Shown: in pieces, positions 11,938 to 24,503 of the stretch
Layout: each line of letters begins with the position of its first letter
Position numbering within the stretch: position 1 is the stretch's first letter
NCBI GenBank assembly: GCA_025558095.1
Contig: JAIVFI010000023.1
Location: forward strand, 620,001 to 684,000
Source: Hyaloraphidium curvatum SAG 235-1
Taxonomy: Eukaryota > Fungi > Monoblepharomycota
Direction of reading: 5' to 3'
DNA: 64,000 bases
Position numbers and translations under genes: made by a program
Notes under the pieces: model-generated
The model's database searches: none
The model's input: only the letters and a program-made list of their open reading frames with translations
Told to the model about the DNA's origin: nothing

Positions 11938-13191
11938 TCAGTTCCACGAGAACCGCTGCCCCCCGTGACCGAACTCCACCCCGCTGCCCGGCGCCCCCGC
12001 CGTCCACGCCAGCGTCTCGGCCGCCCTGCCCGCCCACGCCCTCGCCGCGGCCTCCCCCTCCTCCACCCCGGGAGCCGGCAGCACGTCCTCGTGCCTGTGC
12101 AGCTGCCCCGCGGCCATCATCAGCACCTCTTCTGCCTCCTGCCTCCTCCCCGATCCGAGCGCGGCCGAGGCGGCCTTGAGCACGGCGTCGCCGCCGGGGT
12201 GCTTCCCCTCGGGCAGCGCGGCGAGGTGCGGGCGCATTTCCCGGATGGTGTCCAGGGGTGCGTGGCGGGCCGCAACGCGCAGGAGGCTGCCGATCTGGTA
12301 GGGCTGCGCGAGGGGGTCCGCGCACGCGGCGGCAAAGTGCTCCGCGGCCGCCGGATCGCCGTTCCGCGCGGCGTGGGCGAAGCGCACCCGTGCCGGGGCG
12401 TCGGGCGTCGGCGGGCCCCTCAGGATCTCCGCGGCGCCGGGCTTGTTGCGCAGCCGCGCCCACTCGCGGAGCCACCAGCGGGTCTTGTCGTCCCCCTTTG
12501 CGGGCCCGAAGCGTGCCAGCTGGTCCACGGCGGGCTTCGGCAGCCGGAAGCGGACGCGGCTCTTTAGTGCGGCGTCGAGCAGCGCGGTGGCGGTGTCGGG
12601 CTTGCCGCGGCGCAGGGCCGACAGCGCGAGCGAGAAGACCCAGTCGCGGTCCACGCCTGGGTTGCCGGCATCACCGTCCTTTGCCACCGCCGCCTCCCTC
12701 AGCGCCTCGCGGAGCATCCGCACGGCGGCGTCGGGCCCGGCGACGGCGGCGGCGGCCTTGATGGCGTGGCGCGTCCACTCGGCCCTGTCCGCCCCCTTTG
12801 CCTCCGCCGCCAGCGCCTCCAGGGTGTCCAGCAGCTTCTCCGCTCCCTTGGCGTCGCCCTTGTCCGCCAGCTGCGCGGCCAGCAGCCCCGCGCGCCGCAC
12901 GGCCCCCTTGGCGTCCGAATGCGGCACGGACGAAACAAAGTCCCGCAGCTTCGCCGCCGCGCCGTCCGCGTCGCCGCCACGCGCCGCCGAGACGATCGCG
13001 TGGACCGCCGATCGGGCTGCGGTGATCGGCGGCGCGTCGGCGGCGGATGGCGCGGCGGGCGCGTCCGAGGCGTGGCGGCGGGCGGGGGCCGGCGGGGCAG
13101 AGAGGAGGGGGAGCACGGGGGCCGCCGGCACCGCACTGCGCTGAGCTGCAATCAGAGAGCGCAGGGAGCGCGCCGCGAGGAGGGACGCCAT
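11938..13191 (-). CDS. Hypothetical Ala-rich helical-repeat protein with a mitochondrial presequence
   Basis: N-terminus MASLLAARSLRSLIAAQRS...RRHAS; TPR/PPR-like helices; GC3-rich codons. Confidence 0.55.
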   Translation of the reverse strand: MASLLAARSLRSLIAAQRSAVPAAPVLPLLSAPPAPARRHASDAPAAPSAADAPPITAARSAVHAIVSAARGGDADGAAAKLRDFVSSVPHSDAKGAVRRAGLLAAQLADKGDAKGAEKLLDTLEALAAEAKGADRAEWTRHAIKAAAAVAGPDAAVRMLREALREAAVAKDGDAGNPGVDRDWVFSLALSALRRGKPDTATALLDAALKSRVRFRLPKPAVDQLARFGPAKGDDKTRWWLREWARLRNKPGAAEILRGPPTPDAPARVRFAHAARNGDPAAAEHFAAACADPLAQPYQIGSLLRVAARHAPLDTIREMRPHLAALPEGKHPGGDAVLKAASAALGSGRRQEAEEVLMMAAGQLHRHEDVLPAPGVEEGEAAARAWAGRAAETLAWTAGAPGSGVEFGHGGQRFSWN

Positions 13192-13642
13192 CGCGGCGGG
13201 CGATGTCGGGGGCCCTGGAGTTGGCGGCGTGCTGTCTGGCCCGTCTGCCTTGACTTGTGCTTCCCTCGCCCACGACCCGGCCTTTCGTCTACTGGGAAAA
13301 GGGCTCGGCAACCGGTCAACCAACTAATCAGCAGAGCATCCGCCCGTTTTCGGCTGGATGGGCGAATTTGGATTGCGGTCCTGGCGAATGCGGTTACCTC
13401 CGCCGCCGTGCCGCGGGCCGTTCCCCGAGCACCATCCGGGCATCCATCCGCCCTGATTTCTCCCGCGCACGGCCGGCGGGGCAATCCAGGACCGGGACGC
13501 CTCCTCGCCAACCGACGACCCGACAAACGACCGGCGCCACATGTCTACCGATCCTCCCCAATCACACGATGAAGCAGCCCATCCACCCCATCCCATCCAT
13601 CCGCACCGCCCATCCACCGGCCTCCGTGCCCGGCCCCCCCAT

Positions 13643-15082
13643 TCACGCCGTCCTCCTCTTCGGCCCCGGCTCCCCCGCCGGCGTCGCCTCCCACCCCCCG
13701 CCCTGCCCGTCCCACATCCCCCCCGCCCACCCCCTCTGCACCGGCAGCGACCCCCCCATCTGCTGCAGCCCGCCGCTGCCCAGGCTCCCCGCGCTGGCGA
13801 TCACCCCGCTGTCGACCCTCAGCCCGCCACCCTGCGAGCCCAGGTCCCCGGAGCCGAACGAGGGCAAGGGGGGCCCGGCGTCGGCGATGCTGAACGCGTC
13901 GGCGCGCGGCCGCGGGAACGGGTCCAGGGGGGGGAGCGATTGCCGGCCCAGGTAGGGTGCCGAGGTCGCGCGGGGGGGAGGGAGGAGGGGGACGTCCGGG
14001 TGGAAGGGCGGGGGAGGGGTGGGCACGCTGAAGGGGGGGAAGTGCGGGTGCGGCGGGGGGTAGCTTGAAGCCATTGGCATCGGGGCGGAAGGGGGATGGG
14101 GGTACAACCACGAGGGGTACGGGAAGGGGGGGAGCGGGGCGGAGCGGTGCGCAGAGGGGGGGGCGCGGTGTTCCATGTACGTCGAGAAGGTGGGGAAGGA
14201 GGGTACACGGGGAACGGCGGAGGGGTTGTCGGAGCCCGAGGGGCGGCGGCCGAGGCGCAGCGCGGCTTCTTCCATCCGCCGGGCCATGTCGACGTCGATC
14301 CGCGCCGGCGCGTGGGCGTCGTGGGCCCGGAGGTCGGGGGAGCGCGAGGCGGAGGAGGGGGAGCCCGGGGGCGAGGAGGCGCGGCGGGGGCGCGAGGAGC
14401 GGGGGGCTTTCTTGCCCCGGCCTTCGAACAGGCAGGGGGTGCCGAAGCGCAGGCAGGCCGCGCAGGGGGTGCCTGGCTTGCCGCCCTTGCAGCGTCTGCC
14501 GTCACCGAGGGGTCGCCGGTCAGTCGGTCAGCAGGAAGAGGCAGCGGGCGCCGCCCACCGTTTCCGCGAGCGGCAGTTGTCGCAGGCCACCAGGCGCTGC
14601 GGGAAGTGCGCCTCCTCCTTGTCGCGCAGGTCAAAGTACTCCTCGAAGGACATCTCGGTGTAGCGCACGCCGGCGCCGCCGGGGCCGACGCCGCCGCGGA
14701 CCCACGCGCAGACCGAGCCGGCCTTTGCGCAGCGGCTGCAGATCGGCAGCGCCCTGTTGCAGCCCAGCTTCCGCATGCGGCACGCGTGGCACACCGAGTC
14801 GGCGCGCGGGCCGTCTGCGGGCTCCGCGGGCGAGGGCGGGCCGCCCCCGGGCGACGCCGGCGACAGCGGTGACAGCGGCGAGCCGGCCGACCCGTGCGAG
14901 GGCGACCGTGCCTCAGGCGACCCGGCCTCCATGCCGCCCTCCGTGCCGCCCTCCAATCCGCCCTCCGTGCCGCCGAGTGAGCCGCCCGGCGCCCGGCCGG
15001 CGTCCTCCCGTTGCGGCCGCCCCCCGCCGTCCCCGCCGCCGCCCGACGCCGCGGCCGCGTGCGCCAGCGAGAAGAGGTCCAT
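13643..15082 (-). CDS. Fungal transcription factor with two Zn(II)2Cys6 clusters
   Basis: First cluster CHACRMRKLGCNRALPICSRCAKAGSVC. After splicing intron ~14496-14558 the second reads CDNCRSRKRRCKGGKPGTPCAACLRFGTPC. Pro-rich C-terminus. Confidence 0.88.
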
Positions 15083-16383
15083 CGCGCGGCGCGTGTGGCG
15101 CCGCCCGCTGAGGTGCGCGCGGGTTTGGCCGGCGATTAGCCGCCCAGGACTCGCGCCCCCGGCCGAGGCCGCGACGTCATCGGATGAGGGACGACCGGCC
15201 ATCACCGACGGGGCGCCCCCCATGCGCCGCCGCCCCCGCGGGAAACAGAGTCCCGGAACGCGGCCCGCCGGCGACCCGTCGGCGCATCGCAGGCCCCGCG
15301 GGCACGGCACGCGCCTTTCCCTTCGCCCTTTCGTCAAGTCGGCCACCGATATCCGCTCCGTGGGTCCCTTCGGCCACGTCAACCCCGACTCAAAGGCGCC
15401 GCCCTCCCGGGGCCCGTTGCCCGCCGGAGCCGCGCGGCTTCCCCCCATCTGCCCACCGAGAAAGGTCACCGCAGCCTCCGGCGCCCCTCCGCCCCCGGGG
15501 CACGCCGCACGCGGCGGTCCCCTCCGGCCGCTCCGCCCCGACCGGCCCGCGCCGGCCACGCACACTACCGCGCCCCGCACGCCCGGACCCGCACACATCC
15601 CATTTCAATGCCCTCCCGCGCCCTCCCGACCGTCCGATCCCGCACACAAGCGCCCGCGCCAAGCTCCGCAAGGCCGGCGGCCGTGCCCTCGAGGAACCCC
15701 TGCCCTTCCCGTCCCCGCCCCTGCGTCCCCGCGCCGCACGCCGCACCCCGGCGCCGCACCCGCCGTCCGGAATCCACCGATCGGCGGATTCCGCCCCCCA
15801 TCCAACCGCGCCCGGGGGTGCCGGGCGGGATGGTGGCGGCCGCCCGGGATCCCGACCCGCCCCAGCCCGGCCGGCGCCCGCCACAGCCCCGCCCGGTCCG
15901 CCCCTTTGTGCGATCCGCGAGGCAGAGGGGCGCGCATGCGGTGCCGGGCGGCATTGTTCGGCGGGAAGCCACGGAGGGACGGGGACGGCTGGGGCGGGCT
16001 TCGCGGCCGCCCGGGGGTCCGCTTCCCCGGCTGGTCCAGCCCGGTCGGGGCGGGCCCGTGCACGGCTCCGGTCCCCGGCTGGTCGGGAGAGGACGGATTC
16101 GCGGATGTGCGGACCCTGCGACGCATCGCAATGCGTCGGCACCGGGAATGCCGCGGTCGTTGCCTCCGCGCCCGGGCTTGCCAAGGTCCGACAGACCGCA
16201 GCCCGCACTGCCGAGGCTCGGGAACGCGTTCGGGCCCCGCGCGAGGCCGCCACCGTGGTCGGGCGGAGGACGCGTTCCGCTCCACGGACGTGGCGCGCGT
16301 GCCTCGCGGCACAAAGCAGAAGCGCATACGGACCTCGCTTCTACTGCCGGCCCGGTTGCCCCGTTCCTCGTTGCTCCCCGGCA

Positions 16384-17554
16384 TCAGAGGTTCGCCGGGG
16401 CCGGCCCGCCCGCCCTCAGCCCCGAAAACGGCAGCGATCGCGGCGCCTGCCTCGGGTTGTGCGGCCAGACCTGGATGCCGCGCTGGATGGTCACCGCGAG
16501 GGCTTCGCCTGGCAGGGGCGTGGCGGGTCCGATCAGCAGGAGGGTGCGAAGCAGCAAGGGGCTGCCGAACCGAAGATGGACTCGTCCTCGATCGCGTGCA
16601 TGATGGCGTCCACGACCTGCTCCCTGTCCAGCCAGTCCCCCGCGCTCTTCTTGACGTACGGCCGCTCCTCGTAGCTCCCGTCGGCGCGACGGTGCTCGAT
16701 CGGGGTCGCGGTGAAGCCCGTCTGCGCGCCGCCGGGGCAGATGCAGTTGGCGCGGATGCCGCGGGATTTGAGGCCGGCGAGGGAGCGGACGAAGGCGACG
16801 ACGCCGGTCTTGGCGGCGGCGTCTGCGGGGGGAAAGTAGTGGATGTGAGCCGGGCGGCGAAGGGACCCGTGAGGCGGCCCCGCCACCCACAGACGGGCAT
16901 GTCCGGCACCGGAAACAGCCCCGCCATGCTGCTCGTCAGCACCACGGCGCCCTTGTCCTTCTTCCCCTTCTCGAAGGCCGTCAGCGCCATCCGCGTGCCG
17001 ATGATGGCGCCGGTGAGGCACACGTCCAGGCACTGCTTCCACGTGTCGTCGCCGTCCTCGGTGAAGATGCGCTTCTCGGGGATGCCGGCGTTGCCCACGA
17101 AGATGTCGACGGAGCCGAAAGTTCGGAAGGCGAGGTCGAAGAGCGCCTGTGAATCGCAAGAGCGGCTTTGCGTCGGTGCCAGGCCGACAGCTCGACGTCC
17201 CGCCCGCGACCTACCTGGTTGTCCTCGAACTTTGTCACGTCGCACCTGCCGAACACCGCGCACCCCGCCCCGTGCTTCTCCTCGAGCTCCTTGACGACAC
17301 GCCGCCCGCCCGCCTCGGACACGTCGCCGACGACCACGCGGCAGCCTTTGGACGCCAGGCGGTGGCAGAGCCGCTCGCCGAAGCCCGATGCGCCGCCTGG
17401 AGGGGAGGGAGGTGTGGGCGGCGCGGAGGGGACAGGTTCCGCCGGGCGGGCATACCGGTCACGACGGCAACCTGCGGGCGGCAGGGAGGTCGGCGGCGCG
17501 ACATGGGCCGCGCGGCGGGCACAGTACCTTTCCGGAGACGTCGAAGCGCGACAT
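16384..17554 (-). CDS. Short-chain dehydrogenase/reductase (15-hydroxyprostaglandin dehydrogenase-like)
   Basis: Spliced N-terminus MSRFDVSGK|VAVVTG|GASGFG; CDVT, GNAGI, TSSMAG, spliced YAAAK and RANCICPG. The predicted C-terminus is -ANL. Confidence 0.88.
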
Positions 17555-17771
17555 TTCGGGGCGGAGGGTCGAGACAGGCGGCGGGAGAGCGTTGGGAGAC
17601 ACGGACGGAGGTAACTTGGCACGCGCTAGCTTTCCCAGTCACGACCTTCGGACCACTTCTTGCACCGCGATTTTCCATTTTCAGCTAATCTCCGAACCGT
17701 GGCCATTTGAGGTTGTCAACAGTCGCCCCGGTTCGAGATGTCGTCTTCGGGGATATACCCAGCCTGCATCC

Positions 17772-18445
17772 TCAGTCGCGGCCCTCGCCCGCCTCCGCAC
17801 CTTCCCGCGAAGCCTGATCGCCATCCTGACCGCTACCCCTCGCAGCATTCGCCAGAGTCTCGGACGCCGCGGCCTTTGGCTCCTCCGCGGGCGTGCACGA
17901 CGCCTTGTGCAAGGGATAGTGCCTTTTCTGACACTCTGCCGAGCAGTAGAAGGTTGTTTTGCATCGTGAGCACCGTTTAATTCCTTCTTGGTCTCGAGCG
18001 CGCCGCACTTTGCGCACGACAGGTAGGTCGCCGTCGTGTTTTCCTTGGTCGCGCCCAGTCCCGCCCCGCGCTCCTGGGGCATCTTCCACGTCAGCGCCTC
18101 CAGCGCTGCGTAGCATTTGGAGCCCTGGGCGCCGCACGCCGTGGTGACGAACTCGGTGACCAGTCCTTTCCCGCTGTCTTGGCTCCACGCTTAGTTGGCA
18201 TTGAAGCAGCGCACCATCGTCTTCTTGGAGCACAACGCGCACCGCATCTCGCGCATCGCGAGGGACCGGTTCGACCGTGCAAGTCCGGACATGGCCGCGT
18301 CGCGCTCGCGCTCGCATTTTGCGTCCACGATGTCGCCGTTGTCCGGGCCCGGGATCCGCGCGATGGAAAAGCGGCCGGTGCCGGTGCCTACGGTGCGGCC
18401 GCGGCCGTCGACCCAGACGAGGTTGTACTCCACGTCGACGGGCAT
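17772..18445 (-). pseudogene. MYND zinc-finger protein gene, disrupted
   Basis: In-frame TAA at 18191-18193. A one-base frameshift at about 17976-17980 splits CAKCGALETKKE from KRCSRCKTTFYCSAECQKRHYPLHKASC. Confidence 0.75.
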
Positions 18446-18563
18446 CGGGGACTCGACACCCAGGATGCAACCGCGAGACGACGGGAACGACGCGGGAGCA
18501 AGGGACTTTGAGCTTTTCCCGACATCCGACATTTGTCCCCCGCTCGGACAGCGGTTCTCCGAG

Positions 18564-19493
18564 ATGGTCCGCGTCGCCTTCATCCACGGCAACCCCGAGA
18601 CCACGGCGCTCTGGGACGCCCTGCGTGCCGAGCTCGCCAAGCACGGCATCACCGACACCCACGCGATCCCGCGCCCGGGCCACGACATCCAGCCCGTGCC
18701 CAAGGGCTTCACGGCGACGGGGCAGGCGTATTTCGAGCACCTGGCCGAGAAGCTCAAGGAGCTGGGGAAGGATGGGACGCCGGTGCACCTCGTGGGACAC
18801 GATTGTGGGTTGGCCGTGTCTCCCGCTCCAGTTCCTCGACATCTGACCGCTCGTCGGGCGACTTTTGCACTTGTTCTCAATTATGACATATCAGGGGGCG
18901 CCATCGACGTGTACAACGTCGTCGCCCAGGCCCCCGAGCTCGTCGCCTCCTGGGCCGCCGACTGCGCCGGGCTCCTCCACCCCGACTACACCTGGCACCC
19001 CGGCGCGCAGATCTGGCAGGGCCCTCCACCCGCGGGCGAGAACTGGATGAAGGAGAACATGTGCGGGGCGCCCCGCGAGGTCCGCCTCAAGACGCTGGAG
19101 AGCTTCGGCGTCAAGGGCAAGGACGCCGAGATCATGGCGGACGCGATGACGGACGAGATGGCGTGGTGCCTGCTGGCGGCGTGGGTGGCGTCGGCGAGCT
19201 TGCGACGGACGTGCAGCTCACCACCGTGCCGCCCCAGTTACCGTTCCGTCGCCCAACCCAAGATGATCGAGCTCGGCAAAGCCTGCGAGGCCAAGAGCCC
19301 CAAGAAGCCCGGTCTGGTGATCATCGCAGAGGGTGACCACTTTGCCGGAACGATGGACATGGCCAAGGAGGTTGCGGGGAAGCTCAAGGCCAAGACCCAC
19401 GTGCTGCCGGTCGTCGACCACTGGTGGATGCTCGAGGACAGGGATCCGAAGGCGGGAGCCAAGATGCTGGTCGACTTTTGGAAGTCCCTGTAG
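18564..19493 (+). CDS. Alpha/beta hydrolase of the epoxide hydrolase/haloalkane dehalogenase type
   Basis: HGNPET oxyanion motif. Splicing intron 18805-18894 gives the nucleophile elbow GHDWGA. Catalytic His in DHWWML. Second intron 19181-19237. Confidence 0.85.
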   Translation: MVRVAFIHGNPETTALWDALRAELAKHGITDTHAIPRPGHDIQPVPKGFTATGQAYFEHLAEKLKELGKDGTPVHLVGHDCGLAVSPAPVPRHLTARRATFALVLNYDISGGAIDVYNVVAQAPELVASWAADCAGLLHPDYTWHPGAQIWQGPPPAGENWMKENMCGAPREVRLKTLESFGVKGKDAEIMADAMTDEMAWCLLAAWVASASLRRTCSSPPCRPSYRSVAQPKMIELGKACEAKSPKKPGLVIIAEGDHFAGTMDMAKEVAGKLKAKTHVLPVVDHWWMLEDRDPKAGAKMLVDFWKSL

Positions 19494-19809
19494 TCGCGGC
19501 GTAGGAGGTAGAATGTCAGTTATTGAAGGAAAGCTGAGCGGTCAGATTTCCTGGAGCGGGGATCAGCGGATATGACCATTAAGACTCGTTCCTGCCACAT
19601 TCCACCTCGGACTATGATCAACTCTCCGAAACATTCTTTGGAGTCCGAGATCTGGCTGCCTGGAGCAGCCAACGAGGCGTGCCGGGCGTGCTGGGGTCAC
19701 GTGGGTCTGAACCGTCAAGTTGGGGCGACCGCCCCACCAACTCCGTCTACAACAAACGCAATGGCTTGCTGAGGAAGGATTTTGCTGGCCTTTCCACGCG
19801 TCCTGGACG

Positions 19810-22800
19810 ATGGCAGCGGCGGCTTCGCTGTTTGGCGCGGTGCGGCGGGGCGACGCGGCGGCGGTGCGGGCGCTGCTCTTCCCGGGCGAGGCCGGCGGCG
19901 AGGACGAGCTGCCGCCGCTGTCCAGCTCGCTGCCGAGCGGCGGCAGCCTCGGCGGGAACCCCAGCCGCTGGATCAACGCCGCCGATGCCGCCGCCCAGCG
20001 CACACCGCTGCACGCGGCCGTGGCTGCCGGACACGCCCACATCGCAGCCCTGCTGCTGCGGCACCCGCAGACGAACCCCGCGCCGAAGGACGGCGAATCG
20101 GGCTGGACGCCGATGCACCGTGCCGTGTATGCCGGCGACGTGGGCATGGCCATGCTGCTGGCGAGGCACAGGGGGGCGAACCCCACCGAGAGGGACAAGG
20201 AGGGCAACTCGTGGGCCGACCTGCTCAACTCGACCTACGAGGGCTCCAAGCCGCGCTCGTCGAAGGCCAAGGCGTCCTCAAACACGCAGCCTGCCTCGAA
20301 GAGGCAGATCCCGACCGGGCAGCGCCTCCTGCCGCCCTCGACAAAGTTCCTTGCGCCGTCGGCCCAGACCACGCCCAACCACTCGGACGACTCGGACAGC
20401 GGGGATGAGGACGCGTCGGACGACGAGCCCGAGTTCGCTTCGCTCTCATCCTCACCGCCCCGCAACGGCAAGCCGCGCCGCCCGCGCCCCGGCGCCGACA
20501 CCGACGTGCCCGCGGCCCACTCCCTCTGGACCTGGGGCGCAAACCACAACTTTGTCCTCGCCCACGGCACTCCCGACTCGCGGCAGTTTCCCGAGCGCGT
20601 GCAGGACCTCCCCGCCGGCGTCCCCTGCTCCCTCGAATCCCTCGACTCCCACCTCCCCGCAGTGCGCGACGCCCGCATGAGCAAGTACCACGCCTGCGCC
20701 GTGCTCGCCGATGGTCGCCTCTTTGTCTGGGGTTTCGGCTCGTCTGGCCGCCTGGGGCTGGGTCCCGAGGTCGCGGGGCCGGTGCTCCGCCCGGCGCTGC
20801 TCGCGGACGGGGTCCGAACGGCGGCGCTGGGGACGGACCATACACTGGTCGTCACCGTCTCGGGGGCGCTGCTGTCGTGCGGGGCCAATGCTGCGGGGCA
20901 GCTGGGGTACCCGACCGAGGTCAGGGGGGACGCGGTGCAGCCCGAGTGGAGGCTCAAGGAGGTGATGCGACGGGGGGTTGTCGGGTGCGCGTCGGGCAAG
21001 GAGCATTCGGTGTGCTGGACCGACTCGGGTGCCGTCTTCACGTGGGGCAAGAACGGCGGGATGCTCGGTGGGTGTTCGCGAACCTGATCTCCGCGTTCAT
21101 CTCGTTTGCTGACTGCGTTTGTCCCGTCATTAGGACACCACAACCTGCCTCCGAACGCCATCGTCGCCACTCCCCGCAAGCTCGCCTCTTTCCACTCTCC
21201 CCAGGTCCTCCAGATCGTCTGCACCTCCTCCGCCACCGCCATCCTGCACGCTCCCACCCCGCACGAGCGCGCCGTCCTCGTCCTCTCCAACGGCGAGCAC
21301 CACCGGGTCTCCTTCCCCGTCGCCCCCTCCTTCCCCCGCCACATGCGGCACTACACCTCATCCTCCCAGCTGGAGCAGCAGCGCCGGCACGGCACCGCGC
21401 GGCAGCACCGCATCGCCCGTCTCGCGGCTGGGAACCACCAGTTCGCCGCGCTGACCAGTGCGGGGGAGGTTTTCCTCTGGACGCCGCCACAGGAGGGGTT
21501 CGAGAATACCTGGGTGCACCAGACCTTCCCGCAGGCCAAGCCCAAGCGGATCTGGGCGGTGCGCAACCGCGCGTGGCTGGCGGCAAGGGACGTGGCGGTG
21601 GGGATCGACGGCGCGATCGCGGTGGCAACGCGGTCGGGGCACGTGTTTGCGGGCACCCGCCGCGACAAAGCCAAGCAGCGGCCCGCGGCGGACCGCGGCG
21701 CGGGCGAGACGGACGTGGTCTACTTCAAGTACAGGCAGGTGCCGCTGCTACAGCACGCCACGAGAGTGGTGGCGTCGGCTTCGGGCGGGTTCGGCGCGCT
21801 GCGGGTGGACGAGAGGCCGGGGGGGAGGGCGAACGGCGAGGCGGGGAGGCTGAGGAGGGAGCTGGGGAGGTTGGTGGACGAGGCCGGGGACGGGGACATC
21901 GCGCCGGACGTGGTGATCGAGGTCGAGGGGCTCAAGGGAACCGAGGAGATCGGGGCGCACAGGTGCATCCTTGCCGCACGGTCGTCGTACCTGCGCGGGC
22001 TGTTTGAGCGGGCCGGGGGGCTGCCCGTGGGCGGGAAGCTCGACGGCGAAGGCGGGGTCACGGTTGAGAGGCTCCTGCAGGACAATTCGGAGGAGGACAG
22101 GCCGGCCCTGCGGGTGGCGATAGCGGGGGTCTACTCGCAGAGCGTGGTGCCGCTCCTCCAGCTCGCCTACTCGGCTTCCTTCTCCAAGACCTGGGACCAC
22201 ACGGCTTTCTCCCCCGAGGGGCGGCAGCGCAAGGGCGGGGCCTCCAAGGGGCCGACCGCCGCGACTGTTTACGCGGACTTCCGCCGCCTGGTCAGGCAGT
22301 TCGGCCTCGGCGACCCGGACGTGGCGCAGTTCTCGCAGGAGCAGGACCGCCTCTCGCGCGAGCACTCCCAGGCCATCATGTCGCTGGTCGACGTTTCGGC
22401 GGCGGCCAAGCGACCCTCCGTTCTCCCCGACACCGTGCTCCGCCTCGCGGACCGGGACGTCGAGTGCCACCGCGCCATCCTCGTGGCGCGCTGCCCCTTT
22501 TTCCACGCGATGCTGGGCAGCGGACCACGCTGGGCGCTGCAGCGCGACGAGCGGGGCAGGGTGGTGGTGATGCTGGAGCACCTGCGGTGGGAGGTGGTCC
22601 GCATCCTGCTGGCGTGGATGTACGGCGACGGCGGCGCGGCGGAGCTGTTTGCCGACGTGCGGACGCCCTCCGTGGGCTCCTTCTCGGCGTTCTTGGTCGA
22701 AGTGCTGGCGGCCGCGACGGAGCTGCTGCTGACGCAGCTCAAGGACGTGTGCGGTTCCATCCTCGTGCGCACGCTAGATCTGCGCAACGTGAGGCAGCTA

Positions 22801-24206
22801 CTCGAGACGGCGGACACGTACGATGCCGAAGGTCTAAAGCACGCCTGCCTGGATTTCGTATGCTGGAACTTGGAATCGGCGATCGAGACGGGGATGCTCG
22901 AGGGCATGGAGCCGGACCTGGTGGAGGACGTGTCGGTGCGGCTCCGCGAGATGCAGGCGGCAAAGTACCCCTTCATCCGCGGGGAAGACGGGTACTACGC
23001 CCAGATAAAGCGCGAGGCGGCGCGCGTGGAGGAGGAGAGGAAGCAGCGGCGGCGGGTGGACTTTGGGGAGCGAAAGAAGCTGGAGGAGCTGTCGCGGTCG
23101 CTGGACGACAGCACCATCAACCAGCTGATCGCCAACGGGGCTTTCGATCCGCAGCCCGCGGCCGAGCCGGAGGGCGGCAGCAGCGACGATGAGCGCCTGG
23201 ACAAGCCTGGGAGGATGCCACGAAGCAGCTCGGGGAGGAACGACGACGACATCTTCGAGCTCGAGATGGAGGACGGGCAGGGCAGGGAGGCGCAGGCGCA
23301 GGCATCTCCTTGGGCCAAGTCTGCTCCGACGGCGGCGCCCGCGAGGCTGCTTTCCTCGCCGCCGCCCAAGGCCTCTGCCAACAAAGTGGACGGCGGGGCG
23401 GGTTCCAAGCGCGCGCCGAAGGCTGCCTGGAAGAAGGTCGACCTTACCACGGGCAAAGTGGTCGAAGATGAGCCACCTGCCGCACCCGAAGCGGCCAAAG
23501 GCGGTCTCGTCGGAGGGTCAACCCAGACGTCGCCCGCACCGCCAAAGACCTGGAGCATCCCCGTCGTCGCCAAGCCGTGAGTTTTGTGAGACCCAGCTTT
23601 CATCCGTGCCTCGTTGACGCCTTCTTTGCCAGCCAACGCACGTCGCTCCTGGACATCATGTCCGAGACTCAATCCAAGTCTTCCAAAGCACCCTCACGCG
23701 CCCCCAGCCTCAGCTCCAGCCCCGCGGCGCCCCTTCCCCCCGCCCCCCGCAACGTCACGCCACCCTCCGTCTCCGGCACGGCACCGCGTGCCGTGCGGTC
23801 GAGCACCTGGACGTCGACGTCTTCCACCTCAAACCCCACGAGCCCCATGGCATCTCCGCCGCCCTCGGCCATCCTATCGCAGCTCGCGCAGCAGGGAGGC
23901 CCGCCCTCCATGGCCACCCTCTCACTGGGCAGTACTGCTGCTTTCGTCACCTCATCGGGCAGCCAGAAGGACCGCCGCAAGAGCGCGCGCAACGCGGCCG
24001 GCGGCAGCCCCGTGCTCGGTCCCACAGCGGCGGCGGCGCCCAAGGCGTGGAAAGGCTGGGCGCCGATCGAGGTGCCTCCGCCGGCGCCGTTGGCCACCAG
24101 CCCACCTCGGCCACCCAGCCCGACGACGCTGGCTGCCAGGCTGAGGGAGTTTCCGGCCATTTCGGGGTCTTCCAAGGAGGCGCCCGGCCGAGAGAAGGTC
24201 TGGTGA
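19810..24206 (+). CDS. Ankyrin + RCC1 + tandem BTB protein (IBTK/Btb1-like Cul3 adaptor)
   Basis: Ankyrin repeats (RTPLHAAV; ESGWTPMHRAVYAG), RCC1 repeats (WTWGANHNFVL; VWGFGSSGRLG) and two BTB domains (AHRCILAARS; CHRAILVARCPFF). Introns near 21068-21134 and 23577-23631. The exact 3' end is uncertain. Confidence 0.88.
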
Positions 24207-24503
24207 TTGTTCTGTCTCGCAAACTGTTTCAGACGCAGGCCGCTGTACATATCTGATCGCGGCCACCTGCTGCTGCTGGCTCTTGGCACACCTGATGTAT
24301 ATGGAATCTGAATCGACGCAGTTCTTGCAGCTCTTCAAGGGGGATAGCGGGTAATCTCGATGACGACTTGATCTAGTCGGACTCAGGATCCCTTGCGGAA
24401 CCCCCGAACAACGTCAACAACAGTGTGCGCCCACTGAACAGCGCCGCCCGGTAACTGCTGGTGCCGGAGAGCATCTAAGTGTCTCTGTCGACACCGCACA
24501 AAG

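Noticed and set aside
14757-17294. 845-aa ORF and many other long Pro/Arg/Ala-rich overlapping or antisense ORFs
   Set aside because: These are shadow ORFs expected at this GC content. They have no motifs and overlap better-supported genes.
352-19237. Several stop-free introns with lengths divisible by three (LYS2, GH1, hydrolase)
   Set aside because: Short GC-rich introns often lack stops and a third are 3n by chance. Many other introns here are not 3n, and no shared sequence suggests introner elements.
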